In this document: positions 63,554 to 64,000 of the stretch, piece by piece | Position numbering within the stretch: position 1 is the stretch's first letter | Layout: each line of letters begins with the position of its first letter | NCBI RefSeq assembly: GCF_963921235.1 | Contig: NC_086118.1 | Span: 24,120,001 to 24,184,000, forward strand | Direction: 5' to 3' | Length of the DNA stretch: 64,000 nt | Origin: Mobula hypostoma | Lineage: Eukaryota | Position numbers and translations under genes: made by a program | Notes under the pieces: model-generated | The model's database searches: none | Seen by the model: the letters and a program-made list of their open reading frames with translations, nothing else | What the model was told of the DNA's origin: nothing

Positions 63554-64000
63554 CATTAAACTATTCGGAGTCAAGAATCAGATGGAAGGTGGTTTTCATT
63601 TGTCTCTTCATGGAGGTAATTAAAATTAAAATCACAGCAAATTAGAATGCACCCTCAATTCTAAAACAATATTTAAATCAATTTTAATTCAGATGTGCAC
63701 TAAATATAAAGCTCTGATGCGCTATTATTATGGGAAACAATCAACACTGCCCACACATAAAGGACTGCATGATACATATCAATGGCAGGGGTCCAAGACA
63801 CCAAGAGAGGGAATCACCATTACATCTTTTACCCGAGGGCATTACAATACGACACAAGAACCCAATCTGAGAGGATTAACAGACCAAAGGAAGTGTAAAA
63901 AAATTATTTTGACATCTTGAACACCTCAGAATAGTTGATTACAAGAGAAACAAAGGACAATTTGTTGCACAGATAAGCCAGTATTATTTATTTTCATCAT

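Noticed and set aside
1..64000. CRISPR arrays, operons or prokaryotic defence systems
   Set aside because: The sequence is eukaryotic repeat-rich DNA with no repeat-spacer arrays and no long intact ORFs.

Overview
Vertebrate genomic DNA with no recognisable host protein-coding exon. It is AT-rich, intronic or intergenic, and heavily filled with transposon remnants. The repeat repertoire (V-domain SINEs, a SacSINE1-like DeuSINE, abundant CR1, Rex1/Babar and Penelope-like elements) suggests a cartilaginous fish; this is an inference. The short ORFs that can be interpreted are TE fragments or their antisense shadows. Supported content: two tail-to-tail Gypsy LTR retrotransposon remnants (one with both LTRs and a CTTT TSD), two solo LTRs, a 5'-inverted (twin-primed) L1, many CR1 and Rex1/Babar fragments, two restriction-like-endonuclease retrotransposon 3' ends (Hero-like and Dong/R4-like) missed by the ORF track, a Harbinger element, a Tc1 remnant, a hAT MITE and several SINEs. 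The most notable signal is a Penelope-like (GIY-YIG) family whose terminal repeat carries a minimal type-I hammerhead ribozyme (CTGAYGA-stem II-GAAAC-GTC, palindromic ACGT stem III). It occurs in about 10 intact or decayed copies, including two independent ~230-bp non-coding palindromic insertions with 13-15 bp TSDs and back-to-back hammerhead motifs. All family assignments come from motif recognition by eye, not database searches.
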